Positions 12,954 through 26,500 of a stretch of 64,000 bases of DNA are shown here, one piece after another. The notes under the pieces are model-generated. The model made no database searches. It was given only the letters and a program-made list of their open reading frames with translations, and was not told where the DNA came from. The stretch is taken from NCBI GenBank assembly GCA_036172245.1, contig JAYWIR010000001.1:10044001-10108000 (forward strand). Reading direction: 5' to 3'. The DNA comes from Raillietiella orientalis (taxonomy: Eukaryota). Numbering within the stretch: the stretch's first letter is position 1; each line of letters starts with the position of its first letter. The position numbers and the translations under genes were made by a program.

Positions 12954-14267
12954 ACTTTCCGTCGCCAGCGATCCTTCGGCTGCTAGGACGACCGCAGCAG
13001 CAAGCAAAGGGTCCTCAAGATTCCCGAACGCGTGAAGCCGGATCTGCGTGGAGGTCACGGAGCAGGAAGCTCCAAGGAGGAAACGGAGAGTTTGCAGGGG
13101 GGTTCCTCTGGTGGAAAGGGCAGCCGTTAATCTTCGTCATCGAGAGCTCCAAAGGCGACCGCCAACTTCCGCAAGGCGAGCGCTGCCGACTCCGGAAAAT
13201 GGCAGGGTCGCGGGAGCGTGGCCCTGCATCGACCCTTCCGAATCGAGGATTTTTGCCTTTGATTTTTCAAGTAAGCCCCGCGCGGAATTCGTCAGCTGCA
13301 ACCACCTTTCGTCGAGCAGCCTCGGGTCGGCTCCGAGTGTGCTCTACTGGTTCAAGCTAACTTAATGGAAACGTCGCGGGACCCGTGCAGGGAGACCACG
13401 CGGAGGCCTCCCTTCGTGGCGATGGGACTCCTTATCAGGAACGAGGATGAGCAGTGGTGGTAGCAAGACATCACCTATATGACGAGCGCCTACACTTTGA
13501 TCTTAGCCAAAAACCGAGAAGCGCCGAAAAGGAATCTGACCTGGAGCGCCCGTCCTCCCCCAAGTGTGGATGGCTGTAGAATTGCAGGATAGCGATGCCA
13601 CGTGAACTCCCTCCGGGAATCCCTCGACCCTAGAGAACCATATTCCACTGGACTCAGCTCCTGACGAGCGCCTTCGGGGACAGAAGGCGTTTCTTCCTGT
13701 TAACGCGTCACGCGGGGGAGATTTCAAGCTCGTAAGCTCGCGCGCGCCGCTGCTGCCACGGAACACCGGCTTCCCGAATGTCGTTTTTCCAGAAGCGCGA
13801 CCCAGCCACATCCAGCAACCAAGGCGGCGAGGGCGATACGGATCCGATGTGCCATCTTTTCGACTCTTCGCACGCCTCTCCCCCTCTGCACGGCCGTTTG
13901 AGCTGAGACCTTCTACCACAGCAAACCCGAGCTTTCATACCCTCAAAGGTCCTTCGCCTCTTTTAATTCCTCTTTCCTTTTTTTTTGAACTGCATTTTCG
14001 CCCTCATCCGCTTTCTTCTACTCTTTCAGCTTGTCACAGGCCCCAGCACGCTCGAGATCGTCAGAGACCGGTTCGACCAAGACTGCAAGGAGATCCGCCA
14101 CCGAAGAGCCGCTCGGCAACAACCGGATAGCCGGTGGAGATTGACAGAGGCTGCTGGGAACGCAAGATAGACACCCCACATCGCTCGCAGGTCTCCGTTT
14201 CCCAGATACCTGAGATGTTGGGATCCCGTGGTTCGCAGAACTGAGAACGGGCCCCACGGAATCTCCC

Positions 14268-14449
14268 CCAGTGAGCTGTCAGGGAAAGCAAACTGAAGGA
14301 GGATGAGCCTAACAACCTGTCTGCTCTGTAAACAAATGAAGAAGCTGTTTCAGATGTCCTCACAACACGATTAAGAAGAAACCTTTACCACGGAGGCGAA
14401 GATCAGTAGGGCACAGGTAAGTAGTTTGGAATGACGGCAAGAAGGAAGA
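14268..14449 (+). repeat. Direct duplication, copy 2
   Basis: Same block; it ends in CAG|gtaagt where copy 1 has CAG|ataagt. Confidence 0.97.
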
Positions 14450-17009
14450 GGAAACGATTTAAAGGAGGCGAAAGGGGAAGGGAAGGGGAGGAGGAGGAAG
14501 AATGAAAGAGGAGGAGAAAAAGGAAGAGGAATTTTCGCTTTCCCATCGCCCGCAAGCGCCACCTCCCTCGAAACCCAGCATCCTAGAAAATTCTGCCGAG
14601 TTGCCGATGTCGAAATGTCTCGTTTAGTGTCCGCGGCTCGCGAAAGGATTCCCGGACGATCCCGGGACTAAATCCCGCGATGCAAGCGGCGAAAAAGAGA
14701 AAGCGGATGACGGCGTGGAGCCATTTGCATCCAACGAGCGAACCGGAGCCAACCTTATCAACATGTCAATGCTCAGGCAGATGATTTCCATAGGAAACAA
14801 ATACGCCGCATATCTGGGCGCATTTCAGGGCACGGGAAGGACGGGAAATGCTCTGCGACAATGGCTGGTTGGACCGGGGATTTCAGGAGCTGCGCTGTGA
14901 TCTTCGCCCAAACGATCCGCTTCGAGTTTCGCTGATGCGAAGAGACCGGAGGAGTCGGAGAGATTATTCCCCCTCTCCATCCTTCCCACCACTCTTGCCT
15001 TCTCGCTGCGGTCACTTGAGCGTCCGGATCACGAAACGAAGAGAATACGGCCTTTGCAGGGTCGAACACGGGAGAAGGAGAAGACTGGAAGCAGAGGACG
15101 GAGCGCAGACACGAGGGATCTTGACGACTCGCCTGCAAGGTGCTAAAGTGAACCATGCGGTTTTCATGGACAGCAGAATCGTGCAACCGGCCCTCCTCCA
15201 TAGGGAGGAGGATAAAAAGATTTTTTTCTGGCACCTCCTTCGCCAGAAAAACAGGAGAATGTTGACGAAGCCTAAGGGGGACTGTGGCGCGTCGGAAACG
15301 CTGCAGCATTTCATGAGGACGAGCGGAAACGTGGAGCCAGCGCAGGAGGAGAACACGGTGGGTCACCATCCTCTCTTCATCCTGACTCAAGCCAAAGGAA
15401 GCAAGGCTGCGGGAGATACCGCTTGGCTCACGAGTTGGTGGCGAGGAGAAACTCGCAACTCATCAAAGACCTCAAGTCCATCCGCAAATAGCCCAGGAAA
15501 GAATAGCTGATCCTTCGAACGAGGTTGCGACCTCGTGACCGCTAAGTCTACCCAGTGAAGAGTTCGATCAAGAAAGTGAAGGAAAATCAGTTCCTGGTGC
15601 ACAGTCCTCCAAGAGGAAGTGAGGGATGGTTCCAGCGTCCGCTGGTGCAGTGGCCATTTGGAAGCGAAGAGTCGCAGCGCGGCACCGTTTTCTCCAAGAG
15701 CTCGAGGAGGCGGTGTTCCCATTCAACTGGAAACCCCGCATCGCGTAAGGGAAGCAAAGAGAGTGGAAAAAATAGGACAGACATACGCCTGATGCCTGTC
15801 GACCGGAAAGATGCATCATCCTGATTGGAGCCGAGAAAGTCTAATGCAGTCGCCTGTAGCAACGGTGGTTTCCTCCCCACCACAAGACGCCGGCCCTTCA
15901 TTGGAAGGAGGATTCCCCTTTTTCTGGAAAGCGGGAGCACGCTGGGAGCTCTGCGACACTTGTCTCCAAGAAGCACGGAGGGAATTGCCGAACGCTTCCC
16001 GGACAAAGGGAGCGACCAAGAGTCGGAGATCGTTGAACGGAGTTCCGGTTGCGATGGCAGTACAGTCGGAAGGATAGGGGTAAGATGTCCATGCGGGCGG
16101 GCGGATCCTTTAAGGAACACGTGAGTGAACGGTTGAAAAGGAACCGTGCAGACATGCCGCTCCTTCCACTACACCTGAAGGGCCTTGAGTTGGGCGCTTA
16201 CCATCCGAAAGAATGCGGGAGAGACCCAACCCGATTCGACACGTCGGTTTCCTGGGACCCCCTCGGCGAGACCAGGATGGGGAGTCGGGAGGACTGTGTA
16301 CTTCCTTAGGGCATCTTTCGTGCGCTTCAAGATGGTCGCCGAAGACAGCCCATGCTGAGCACCAACTGCAGGCTGGTTAAGTGAGGAGTAGAGAAGGAGA
16401 AGTGAGGAGGAAAAGAAGAAGAAGAAAGGACGAGCAAGAGAAATGAAAGAGGAGAAAGAAGAGGAAGAAAGGGAGAGGAGGTGGAAGGGATTAGCTCGCT
16501 TCTCAGCTCACCACAGAAGAGGAAAGGGAGCTGTGGTTCAGTTCTTGTTCGGAGGAGGAGTTTCTTTTCAAACGCGGGCAACTCGGAGTTCCTCAAGAAG
16601 TTGCAGGCGAAGGGGCGTGTCACGCGTCTGCTCTAAGGAACTTTGGTTCTTCCGAGGAGAGCATCGCTCGAAGGTTGCGGGGAGGGAGAAAACCCAAGGC
16701 AGGAAAGGCCAGGACCGTATCTTACGTGGAAGAGGGGGCTGCCGTAGTTCCCATCCGCGTGCGACCCTCTTTGATTCTTGTTTGATGTAGGGAGAACAGG
16801 GAGAGCTGGAGTGGGGCAATCCCAAACTCCTCGGAATCAAACACCAAGGTGGAGTGCGTTCGGTCGAAACCACAAGGGTAGCCAAGGAGAGGAAATCCGA
16901 GATCTGCCGATCGACGAGTACGATCCTCTTGACCTTGAGGGTGAACTGGCGCGGTAGGAAACGCTGCCTGAGATCCTCTCGAAGCTGCCCCTGGTCATCG
17001 AGTTCTTTT

Positions 17010-17520
17010 CTGTTTCGCTGCTTTCCTTTTTACGGGTTTCTTTTTTTTGGTTCTCAAGGGGTGCTGAAGAACCGTTCGTCTCCTCGGGGGAGAGGTCACG
17101 AAGCCCTTCTACACTGTCCATGCCACCAGAGAGTGCGTGCAACTTTTCAAGATAGGAGGTATCCAGGGAGGGGACCTTATGAATCCAGCAAGATCTCCGG
17201 AGGAAGGATTCCGTTCTTCTCACGCTTGGGAGGTAACTCCGAAGGGAACTTCTTTCTCATTCTTTCCGAGGGACCTTCTGAGTGGACCGGCTCTTTGATC
17301 CCTGGAAAGACTCTGTGGGCCAGCTTCCGATCTCAGTTACTCAACGGAGGCATCCGGGGGTTTCTAGCTTCTACCAGTGCCGCACCCGAACGGACCAACC
17401 AGCGTCACCTTGCGGAGGAGACTGGAAACCAGCGATGCATTTCCTGTTCTCGGGGTCACCCCTTCCCCGGGTGGGATTCGAACTCTCGACGCTCGGTGCC
17501 GCACGGCAGCCTGCGCAGGA
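17010..17520 (-). mobile_element. SINE-like family 1 copy (internally deleted)
   Basis: T-rich tail ttttttttggttctcaaggggtgctgaagaaccg, body ttatgaatccagcaag and ccagtgccgcacccgaacggaccaaccagcgtca, head ccccgggtgggattcgaactc. Confidence 0.75.
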
Positions 17521-19823
17521 GTCGGGGCGAGGAGGCGCGCTCCCCCACCAGACGGGGAGAAGCTGGAAGATCGGAAGCCACTCGACGAAGGCCGCTCGCA
17601 AGTCGTGAAAGGAGTCGCGAGGCGTGCACAGCGCGCGGAATGGCTGGAAAGATTCAGTGGCCCGGTCGGCGCAGCCTCCGATGCGCGAAGAAGATCCGCC
17701 CTAAGGTGCGCCCGAAGCGAAAGGGTGGATCTCAGGGGGGAAGTGTGTCCGATGCTTTTTGGCCGCTCCGGCAAAAGTGCGAAAATGGACAGTGAGCGGA
17801 GGACGGCCCGAGAGAGTAGCAGGCAGGGTGAACCCTGAGGCGCAACACGCGACCATCAACCGAGAGTCCATGACCCAACCCTCGTCCTTCCCGGAGAGCG
17901 AGCATTCGTCGCAACTGGCCCGGAGACCTCGTCCCACGACAACCGTGGCACGGGAGGGGACTCCTCGGAACACCCGACGCACAGCGGAATCCTTCGGTTT
18001 CCAGCCACTGTCGCGAAAAAGAAAATCTCGAGGAGTGAACGCCCTTCCCTACTCTTCATTCCTCCCTTTCTCCTCCTCTCCTCCTCCTACTTTTCCTTTT
18101 CTCCTCCTTCTCTCTTTCCGTGCCCCTATTTAAGGACGCGCTCCCTCGGAACACCCTGCTTCACCCTCCTCCCATCCACCACCTCCAGCCACTTCGCAGC
18201 GCAGGAGAACCAGAGATGCCCGGAAGAGCGGCGGAGACCCCTCTTGAATCTTTCCAGGAGGGTCTCCTGGTCAATCTCATTTCTCTGGGATGCGGACGAC
18301 CGTGGGCTTCGACGTGTCTCGGCACGCAAGGAGCACGCGTCGAAGATGCTCCATCGAACGTCCATGCTCACCCCTGCTGGCGGCAGCGACTTCCTCCCCT
18401 TCGAGGGCAGGTTCCATTGGCAAGGGCAGAAAGACGCGACGCGAGCGCCGTCCTCTCGCCGTTTCTATTCCGGGCCGGGGTCGGGAGGGAGCCGGCAGAA
18501 TTCTCAGGGAGAAGGAGAGGGGGGAAAGGAAGCCAGAGGGTTCTTCAGCGCTTGCCGCGGCCTCATTATTCCTTCAGGGCAGCAACCAGCTTCCTGCCCG
18601 TGGTTCACTGAACCTCCGGAAGGATATGTCGAGGGTGATCCTTCGTGGGAGGAAGGAGGGCAAGGGCTCACCGGAAGGTCAGCAGCCGCCGCACCTCCTC
18701 GGAAGACGCGCGGAGAGGGAAGGACTGACGAGGTCCAAAGGAGAACGGAAGGGCAAAGAGCAGCTCCGTCGCAGGGGTCTGCTCTGCGCACGCCGAGGGT
18801 AACTGCAGCTCCGCAGCAAGACCGGCCGAACGCCAAGGTCACCAGGAGAAACGCAGCCCGTCCAGGAGGGAAGGGAAAGCGTTCCTGTCTGGGGTCTGTG
18901 CTCTCCTCCTCGCATCCTCAGCGACCCTCTCGCCCACGCATTTGCGTCCCCGCGGCAGCCCTGCCGACGCTTCTTCCTTAGCCACCCGCTTGGAGACGAG
19001 GGCGCCGTGCGCTCGGAAACGAGGAAGGAGCAGGGGTGATCCTTTCTGGAGATGAGTCCACGCCTGGCAGGTCTTTCCGCTACTCGAACTCTTCCCTCCT
19101 GCTCCATCTCCCTCCGGGTGTGAAGTGCGTTCGGAAGCCTTTGCCACGTCGGGGAAGCTGCGCTATTCAGGTTTTGCTTCATGGCAACGGCCGCATCAAG
19201 AAGAGGTCGAAAGAGCTGCCACCCACCGATGGAGGGTGAGGAAGGGGGAAGCGGCGGCAGCAGCAAGACAGACAGGGATAGACGGAGCAGCGCAGGAGGT
19301 CAGCGTCGGCGTCAGAGAACCGGGAAGACGAGAAAGTCGGGTGGGATAGTTCCTTCTGCCCACCCTCATCGTACTGTTTTCCTCCTCCTCATCTTCGCCT
19401 CGTTTTCACTGAGGGGAGGGGTTGACACTTTGGGGACAAGAGGGAGAACCACCACCGTCCACCCCCCGAGCACCAACCATAGAGCGTACTTACAGCCGGC
19501 GTCCTCCAGGATTCCTGACGGGACTCTGCTCTCGCTGCGAGCCGTGAGGAGAAGGGGAGGGGGGGAGGGCGGAGAGATCGACGAAGACGAGGTCTGGATG
19601 CACGTCTTTCCCGCGGAACGGGCGCTGAGCGACAGGAGCTGCGAGCGCCTCGCTCCCAGCTCGCTCTACCGCGCCGGGACAAACGGCGCGCTTCTCCCAT
19701 GCTCCGCCCGATTCCTGCCGACTTCTTGCTCCTTGGCGGTACAGAGATCGGTCTGAGACCCGGAGGCTGCAGGCCGCAGCTGATGTCTTCCTCATTCTGT
19801 GACCAAGTCCAGAGGCTGCAAGT

Positions 19824-20072
19824 TCTTCTCTCCATCACCACCTCCTCCTCCTTTCCTTTCCTTCCTCGTTCCTTCCTCCCTCCCTTTCATGCTTTCCTTC
19901 TTCTTCCTCTTACTCCTCCTCCTCCTCTTCCCTCCCTTCTCTTCCTTCTCCTCCCTTTTTCTTCCTCTTCCTTTTCATCCCTAACTTTGTTCCTTGTTTC
20001 CTTGATCGTCGTCTCTTCTTACTTATTCTTTCCTCCTTTGCTTCTCCTCATCCTCTTTGCTTCCTCCCATCT
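19824..20072 (+). repeat. Polypyrimidine (CTT/CCT) low-complexity tract
   Basis: ~250 nt almost entirely C/T; a shorter one lies at ~18045-18120. Confidence 0.9.
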
Positions 20073-23000
20073 CCTAACAGGGTCCCTAGATCACACCTTT
20101 AACACACGCGCCAGCAGTCAGACGATGCACATGGAGGGGCATGACGAATGAGCTGATGACCTTAATCAAGAAGATCACTTTGAAATACCAGGAACAGATC
20201 CCAAAGTAAAGCCGAATCCACTGCTTCAGAAAGAAGGTAGGGTGGTCACACTGGACGTGCTTGATCTTGCGAGTATGCATCGATGGCACTAAAAGAGGCG
20301 AGGCGGAAGAAGGAATGCCAGTAACCAGCTCTACGCCACCCTTCGCCTCTAAAGGAGTGCCGGCCAGCTATTGTGGGATCCTCGGCATCTTGGAATCCAA
20401 GAAACCATCAATTGTTGGTGGGATGGGCGGATGCCCCAGAAGCAGGAGAAGCACATCAGGACAGGTGGTTCTTCGGTACATCTTCATATAACATTACCTT
20501 GGTTTCATGACTTCAAATTCAACGCACAAGAATGAGGAGGAGAGATGCTCTCGGAGAGTGGTACCATCCAAAGTAAACGCCGTCAGCAATGGCATTTTCG
20601 ATCTTTGGCTTACGGGTGTTCTCATAGTTAAAAAGGTAGACAGCAGTTTCGAAGAAACTGTAGAAGATGCCTTCCGGATCTGCTGCGTGGCTAGCACGAA
20701 TGCTCAGCACGCTTTGATGTCTGAGGCATTCTTCCCGATCAACGAGGGACCCCTGGTTTGCCACGTCTCGAGTGATCACCTGTAGAGAGCAGCGGCCTCA
20801 TTTTGCGTTTTTGCTTTGGGTGGTGCCACCGCAAACAACTCGATCCGAGTAACTGCAAGTCATTTCATTGCTGCTCCGTCGAAGCTGCTGCTTGCTTCTC
20901 CGCGGTGATTTTTGCTTTGGACATTGGGCATATTAAGGGGAAGATTCGCTTTTCTCCATAAAGGAAACAAGAACAAACTCTATAGCGTCACGTTTCTTGG
21001 GAACGGAGCTCTCGTAGAGCGCACACCTGCGCTGCTCCTGGGTGCAGGGCTCGTGACAGCACTCGATCCCTGAAATGTGGCGCCTTCGTGACCCTTCCTA
21101 GCTAAAATTTTCCTCTTTGGTGGACTCGGTTGCTTCCTTTTCCTCCGAGGTTTTGCCGATGTTCTTCAGGCGGAAAAGGGAGGCAATCCGACTCGCGACC
21201 TGAGATGGAACTTCTTGAGCCACCCCATCGGTGCAGTAAGCAAAAGTTCCTTCCTGGACATCCTGTCTTGGAGAGAGGAAGAAGAAGAGGATCGAGAAAA
21301 AGGAATAGCTCCTGGGCGAGTGGGCACCTGCCGCCCTTGCCTTGAGGTCGAGACAAGATCGGTGCGCTCGCTCTACATCCCGCTGCAGCATCCCTCTAAG
21401 CGACCAAGGCAGCCGAGAAGAGTTCAGCAAAAAGCACATTTCCCTGACACCTGGGAGCTCAACAGTGTCCCTGTGTTGATCCATAATCATGAGACCCTCA
21501 GCCGGATGAGAGCTGTCTCTCCTTCGGCTGAAAGCAGTCGCCAGTTCCTTCCGGCGGCAGATTTCTCCGAAGCAGATGCAGTCCGCTCTACCTCCCCGGA
21601 GACACCAGGGTCTTCAGGTTAGACCCCTGAGAGCTCCATATCTGCAAATGCAACCGAACCTAGAAGCCAGTAGTCATCAGAGATTCCCGAAGAGCCAGTA
21701 GTCTCTCCTTTGTGTCGGAACGCTTCGATGATGTTCCTTCTGAGCTGGAAAAACGAGGTGATGCTGCTTTTGCACCGGGGTTTTTCATGCAACCAACGCC
21801 GACGACGATGGAGGATTCGCCCCTTAGGAAACTGTTTGAGGTAGTTGGCCTGCGGTGCCCTCCAAGAAGAGGGAGAAGGCTATCTTCAGCACTGCTGCAC
21901 CTGGTGGACTCTACCAAGGACTTGTTCTGGAGATTCAGAAGACTCTCGCCGGGCGCAGTGATGGCGACGAGGCGTTGCATCCGAGTTGTCACGGTCCAAC
22001 CTCCTTCGAGTCTCCGGCGCAACAAAGCGACGTCAAGCGATGGCTGGAAAAAGATTCCTGGATGGTGGTTAAGCGCCAGTACCAATCCAGAAAAAGCGTC
22101 CTGTACCAGGAATCCCTTCTTTCTCCTCCCTCTATTTATTTATATGATGTTCCCTTTTCTTCCTGCTCCGGACGACCTACGTGTCGGTAGACCCTCCCCA
22201 CGAACTTCTTTTGCCCGTTTTTGCCTTGGGGACCGCTCCCGATTTGCTTGTTTATTTCCGTTCTGAACAACTGACCTGGAGTGATCGGGTGGAAAACTTC
22301 CCCTACGTGACCTCGTTTCTCTAGGAGTGGCAACCATTCGGAGGCGGCATCCCCTTTGTTCTGGTAAGGCGTTGAGGTCCACGCACCTCTTTCGCATTGC
22401 GGTCCACGCACCTTCTCAGCATTCCTCGAGAGAAAAAGAAAAAGGAAAGAAAAAGCTGAAAGGAAACAGAAGAAGACGATGGGGATTTCCATCATCTTTC
22501 ATCGCGTTGCCAGGCAACCCCCTTGGCTCAGCGCTGCAAGCGGATCAAGGTCGGATCGATGCCCGCCGCCTCGATCCACTCCGCGTCGCCCTCGCGAGCG
22601 TTTCCGTCTGGTCATCGCGCACCTCCCTCGCGGGCGAGCGGCCTTTTCGAGACTTCCGTCAGTTCGCGCATGCGCCGTGAGGGCGTGCGGAGAGGGAGAG
22701 TCCTTCTATGGGGTCCCTCGTGGATGGTCCGGTCGAATCGCCGAACAGTCTCCTCCCACCGACGACCTTCTCCGGAAGTCCTCGACAGCTGCACCAAACA
22801 GTCCTTCCATTCTCGTTCCCAGCTGGAGCTTTCCTGCCGACGTTGCGTTTCGCGTTCCGCTCATCAGCACGCACCTCCCCCACAAGGAGACGTCGAGGGT
22901 TCCCCTACTCTGGAGAGGTGGCAACACACCAGCTGGTACCTCCAAGTCGGAACAGCCCCCATGGTCACAACTGCCATGCGCGTCGCAACTGCCTGTTCCG

Positions 23001-23224
23001 TTTCAAGTTTGTCGAACGCGCTGTCCTACGGTTAGGGCCACAAAGATCACTATTCCCAGACTCGTGATCTTCAGGAAAAGAGTTTGCCACCTCTAGGAAA
23101 CCGCAGCAGGCCTGATGGCATCCTCTGTTTCGTGTTGGACGTCGTCCTCCCTGTCTCTCAGACCTTTGTAAAACAGACTCAATTCCGGCAGCACGTCCTG
23201 GTTGTTCTGGATGGCAGCATCTGT

Positions 23225-23530
23225 CTGCCAATCATCTGGTACGACAAGGAGGTGGGTCGGCTCCTTTGCACAACCGGAGGGAAACTCCCACTCTTGATTT
23301 CTGTAAGGACCCCGGAAGGTCGACTCTTAATTCCGACCACTCATCGGAGGGTATCCAGTTTGCACCGCCACCGGTGCCGAATGAATGTAGGCCAACCAGT
23401 GTCATCTCGCGGGAGGAGCTCGAACCCACGACTCACCCTCCATCTCTCGGCGTCGATTCTTGCCCAGTTTTCGAACCGGCGACTTGGTGGTGCCACGTGT
23501 GGAGACCTTGGCAGCCATGTGGCCTCCGAC
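23225..23530 (-). mobile_element. SINE-like family 1, 5' half
   Basis: ccggtgccga...ccaaccagtgtcatctcgcggg, ctcggcgtcgattctt, ttcgaaccggcgacttggtggtgccacgtgtggagacc. Confidence 0.65.
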
Positions 23531-26500
23531 ACAGGCAAGAGCGAGGAACGTGGAAGAACGAGGTGGTGCGACGAATGACTAGATCAGAAGCCGCACTCCT
23601 GCCGAGACGGACCCTGTCTTGCGAAGTATCCCGCTCTTTCGAAGAGCTCCTTCAGAGCTCGAGTTGCGTGCTTCTCTCCCCCCTTCCCCCCCCTCACCTC
23701 CACGTGTTCCTCCGTCTTCCTCTTCGAGGGATGCTCTTCAGCGGGACAGTGACGAAAAGCTGCAGGCAATCAAAGAGCGAATAAGGAAGGAATTTCGCGT
23801 GGCATCCTTCCTCATAAGCTTGTTTCCGGAAACAGCTGCTGCGGGAAGTGCCTCCGTTCCTTTTCCTTCCTCGTTCTTCGCGTCGCTGCATATTCCGGGA
23901 AATGCGTGCCGCGTTTCGTCATTTTATGATTGGGAGATGGCGCTCCGCCCGGCATCGCTCAGCCATTTGTTTCGTGATGTCGGCGAAATATGGATCCTTC
24001 GATTAAAGTTTTTCCTTTCTCATCATCCATCTGCTGTTCCGATCTGATCTGAAGGCTTTGATTGGATTTTTTTTTTTTTCCTCCTCCTCTTCCTCCTGTG
24101 GGCATAATTCTTTCCTTTCAGGCTCGCCTGAAAGTCTCCCCGTTTCTTCGCCTCTGAGCGCCGCGTCCCTCTGGCCGCAGTCGCGTGCTTTGGATTTGAT
24201 GAACCCCCCTCCCCCTCCCCTCCCTGCCAACCGGAAGCTGACATTCGCGACGTGGCCCTACCGCTCGCGACCATCCTCAGGGTACCTTCCAGGACAGCCT
24301 CCTCCACCTGGCGCGCTCCCTCGGGACGCTTCGACAGGGTTCCGCCGGAGCAGCTGCCCGCCCAACTGCAGCGCCACATCCCAGGCGACCGAAGGATAGG
24401 GGAAGGAGGGAGAGAAGTTTCTGCACAGCTGCCGCCCCCAACCGAGCTCTTCGTGAAGTGAAATTTTCATCGGAGCTGAAGTGGACGTGGAAGATTTTTC
24501 CTTCCTCGATGGTGCAAGCTATGACGCAGAAGTGATGACTTCTGCGTCCACTGTAGCCCCGTGCTAAATCCATTACCACGAAAATAAATAAATAAATAAA
24601 GGGCGGAGAGGAACCGAGAAGGAGAGGGAAACAAACGGAGGGAGAACCACTAATCTGTGGCATCTTCCAAGATCAATGGGGCCCAACCGCTACCGCATGG
24701 CACCGCTTGTATCGTGAGCACCTGTTCGTGACGTCAGCAATGGAGAGCGGCTTCTGTTGCCTGCGGCACGCGAGGATGACGCAAGCACCGCGGGTTGTGG
24801 AGGCAGCCACCTCTCCTTAGCCGTCCATGACTGCCATCCGGATTTCGAGTCAACGGGCGACGCGAGGAGGAAGGTGGCGGCTGGTGCGGCAGAAGGAGAA
24901 ACGGGAGCGGGTTCCCGCCAGGCCAGAGCGAAATTCAGGGACCAGGAAGGCGACCCATCGATCCCCATGCTGGTGGGATCAATGGGAGCGGGACGTGTTG
25001 GTGCGTCCCGCGGGTAAGTGCGCAATGACCCCTTTCTGACCCTGCCTCGGGGGTGATCATCCGCCGTGGCGGGGGTTGGGGACATTCCTGTTGCCACGAC
25101 GAAGGAAAGTTCGTTCCCCCATCCCTATCGGCAGAAATTCCGTCTCTTGGTGTGTGGTCCTGGAAATCCCAAATCTGCCCTTCTACAGTGTGGAGGAAAT
25201 GGAGGAGCACCGCCACCAGCAGCGGACAGCCCGTCCTTTTCGCCTTCCCCTCCTCCCCCGCCGCTGCATCTCTGGGCGCGATTTTTTTTCTTTGGCTTTT
25301 CGCCGCAGGAAAACCAGACCGCACCGCTGGAACGCGAGTCCGGCATACCAACGGCCCGGCGTTCAGTCGGTCCAAGGGGTTGCCTCGACAGAGTCTCGGT
25401 TTTTTCAGCATTTCCATTCGTGAATTACGTGGTACAGTAGTCGACTCTGACTCTAACTCTAATTTGTGATATCAGATTCATCCTGCACGGGGGGAAGAAC
25501 ATGACATGTCATCTTGGGATGCTGATACGTCGAAACGGATCGGCGGTGTCAGCTTTTCGCTCCCCACTAAATGAGATTTTCCCCCCAAAAAAAGTAAGGG
25601 AAGGAGAAATGCTTCCTGCGTTTATTCCAGGCAAAGTGCTGAAAAGAAGAACGGATGTTTCTTCCGGAAGAAAATGCAGCGTGCTCGTCACACCATTCTC
25701 TTCAGTAACAATCGGAATTTATGGAACATCACTGAAACGCATGAGATTTGACAACGAACAGACGGGATGGTGCCTCTCAGCGTCCTACTGGTCCACCACC
25801 GAGAAGGGGCCTGCTGAAGTTACGATGGTGCGCTTCCCTGTTCTTGAAGGATGGTCTTAGGCGGCATCACGAGGATGCGACTTTCTCGATGATACCGAGC
25901 TGCTTCCTTCCTTTGTTTCGGGATCAAAACTTTTCTGGTCTTAAAGGTCACTCGGTACTGAGACTGTCTTCTCTCGGGGAGAGCCCCCGCAACCTCACCT
26001 TTGATTTTTTGGGGGAAGGGGGGTGGGGTTTGGAAACGGCGTTTCTTGCACCCTGCACAAGGGAACAATCGGAACTTCCGGAAGAGCTTTCTGGAATCTT
26101 CCAAGCGGCGTTGGTTGCCTCGGGTTCTTTGACTGGGAGCGTGTCTTTTTCCTTCTTCCACCAATGGGCCACATATGCACGAATGACCGCTCTGCCCAGG
26201 TCGTGTAGTTGCTGTCGCAGCTCTGCAACCGGGTCACGGCGGCTCACCCGTCGAGGCCTTCGAACCTTCCTTCAAACGCAGCAGAGGTTTCATCCTCTTT
26301 CTAGCACCTCCGGATCCACGGGGCGAGCGGCTCGCCTTGACCACGAGCACCCGTTGCACCCAGCGAGCGTCCTGCAGAGTCGTGCTCAGGACCACAGTGC
26401 CCATGCATCCTGCCGCAGTCTGCGATTTACTCCAATGAAGGAAACCCTTCCTCCACTACTAAAAACAGGTGCGCGCCCACCACCTAGAAGTGTCTTCCAG

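Larger units (their letters stand above)
12660..19700 (+). pseudogene. Fragmented, highly divergent myosin motor-domain-like gene
   Basis: Collinear fragments resembling myosin head motifs: NNLSAL*TNEEAVSDVLTTR (~12700 and ~14310), VEPFASNERTGANLIN (14715), LQGAKVNHAVFMDSRIVQ..KIFFWHLL (~15130), LLGIKHQGG (~16830), TPLESFQEGLLVNLISLGCGRPWASTCL (~18240), SCERLAPSSLYRAGTNGALL (~19640). In-frame stops in the first block. By-eye alignment only. Confidence 0.45.

Noticed and set aside
14030..14215. LTEAAGNAR resembling myosin LEAFGNAK
   Set aside because: Short and followed by a stop; a better collinear match lies at 14715, so this one may be chance.
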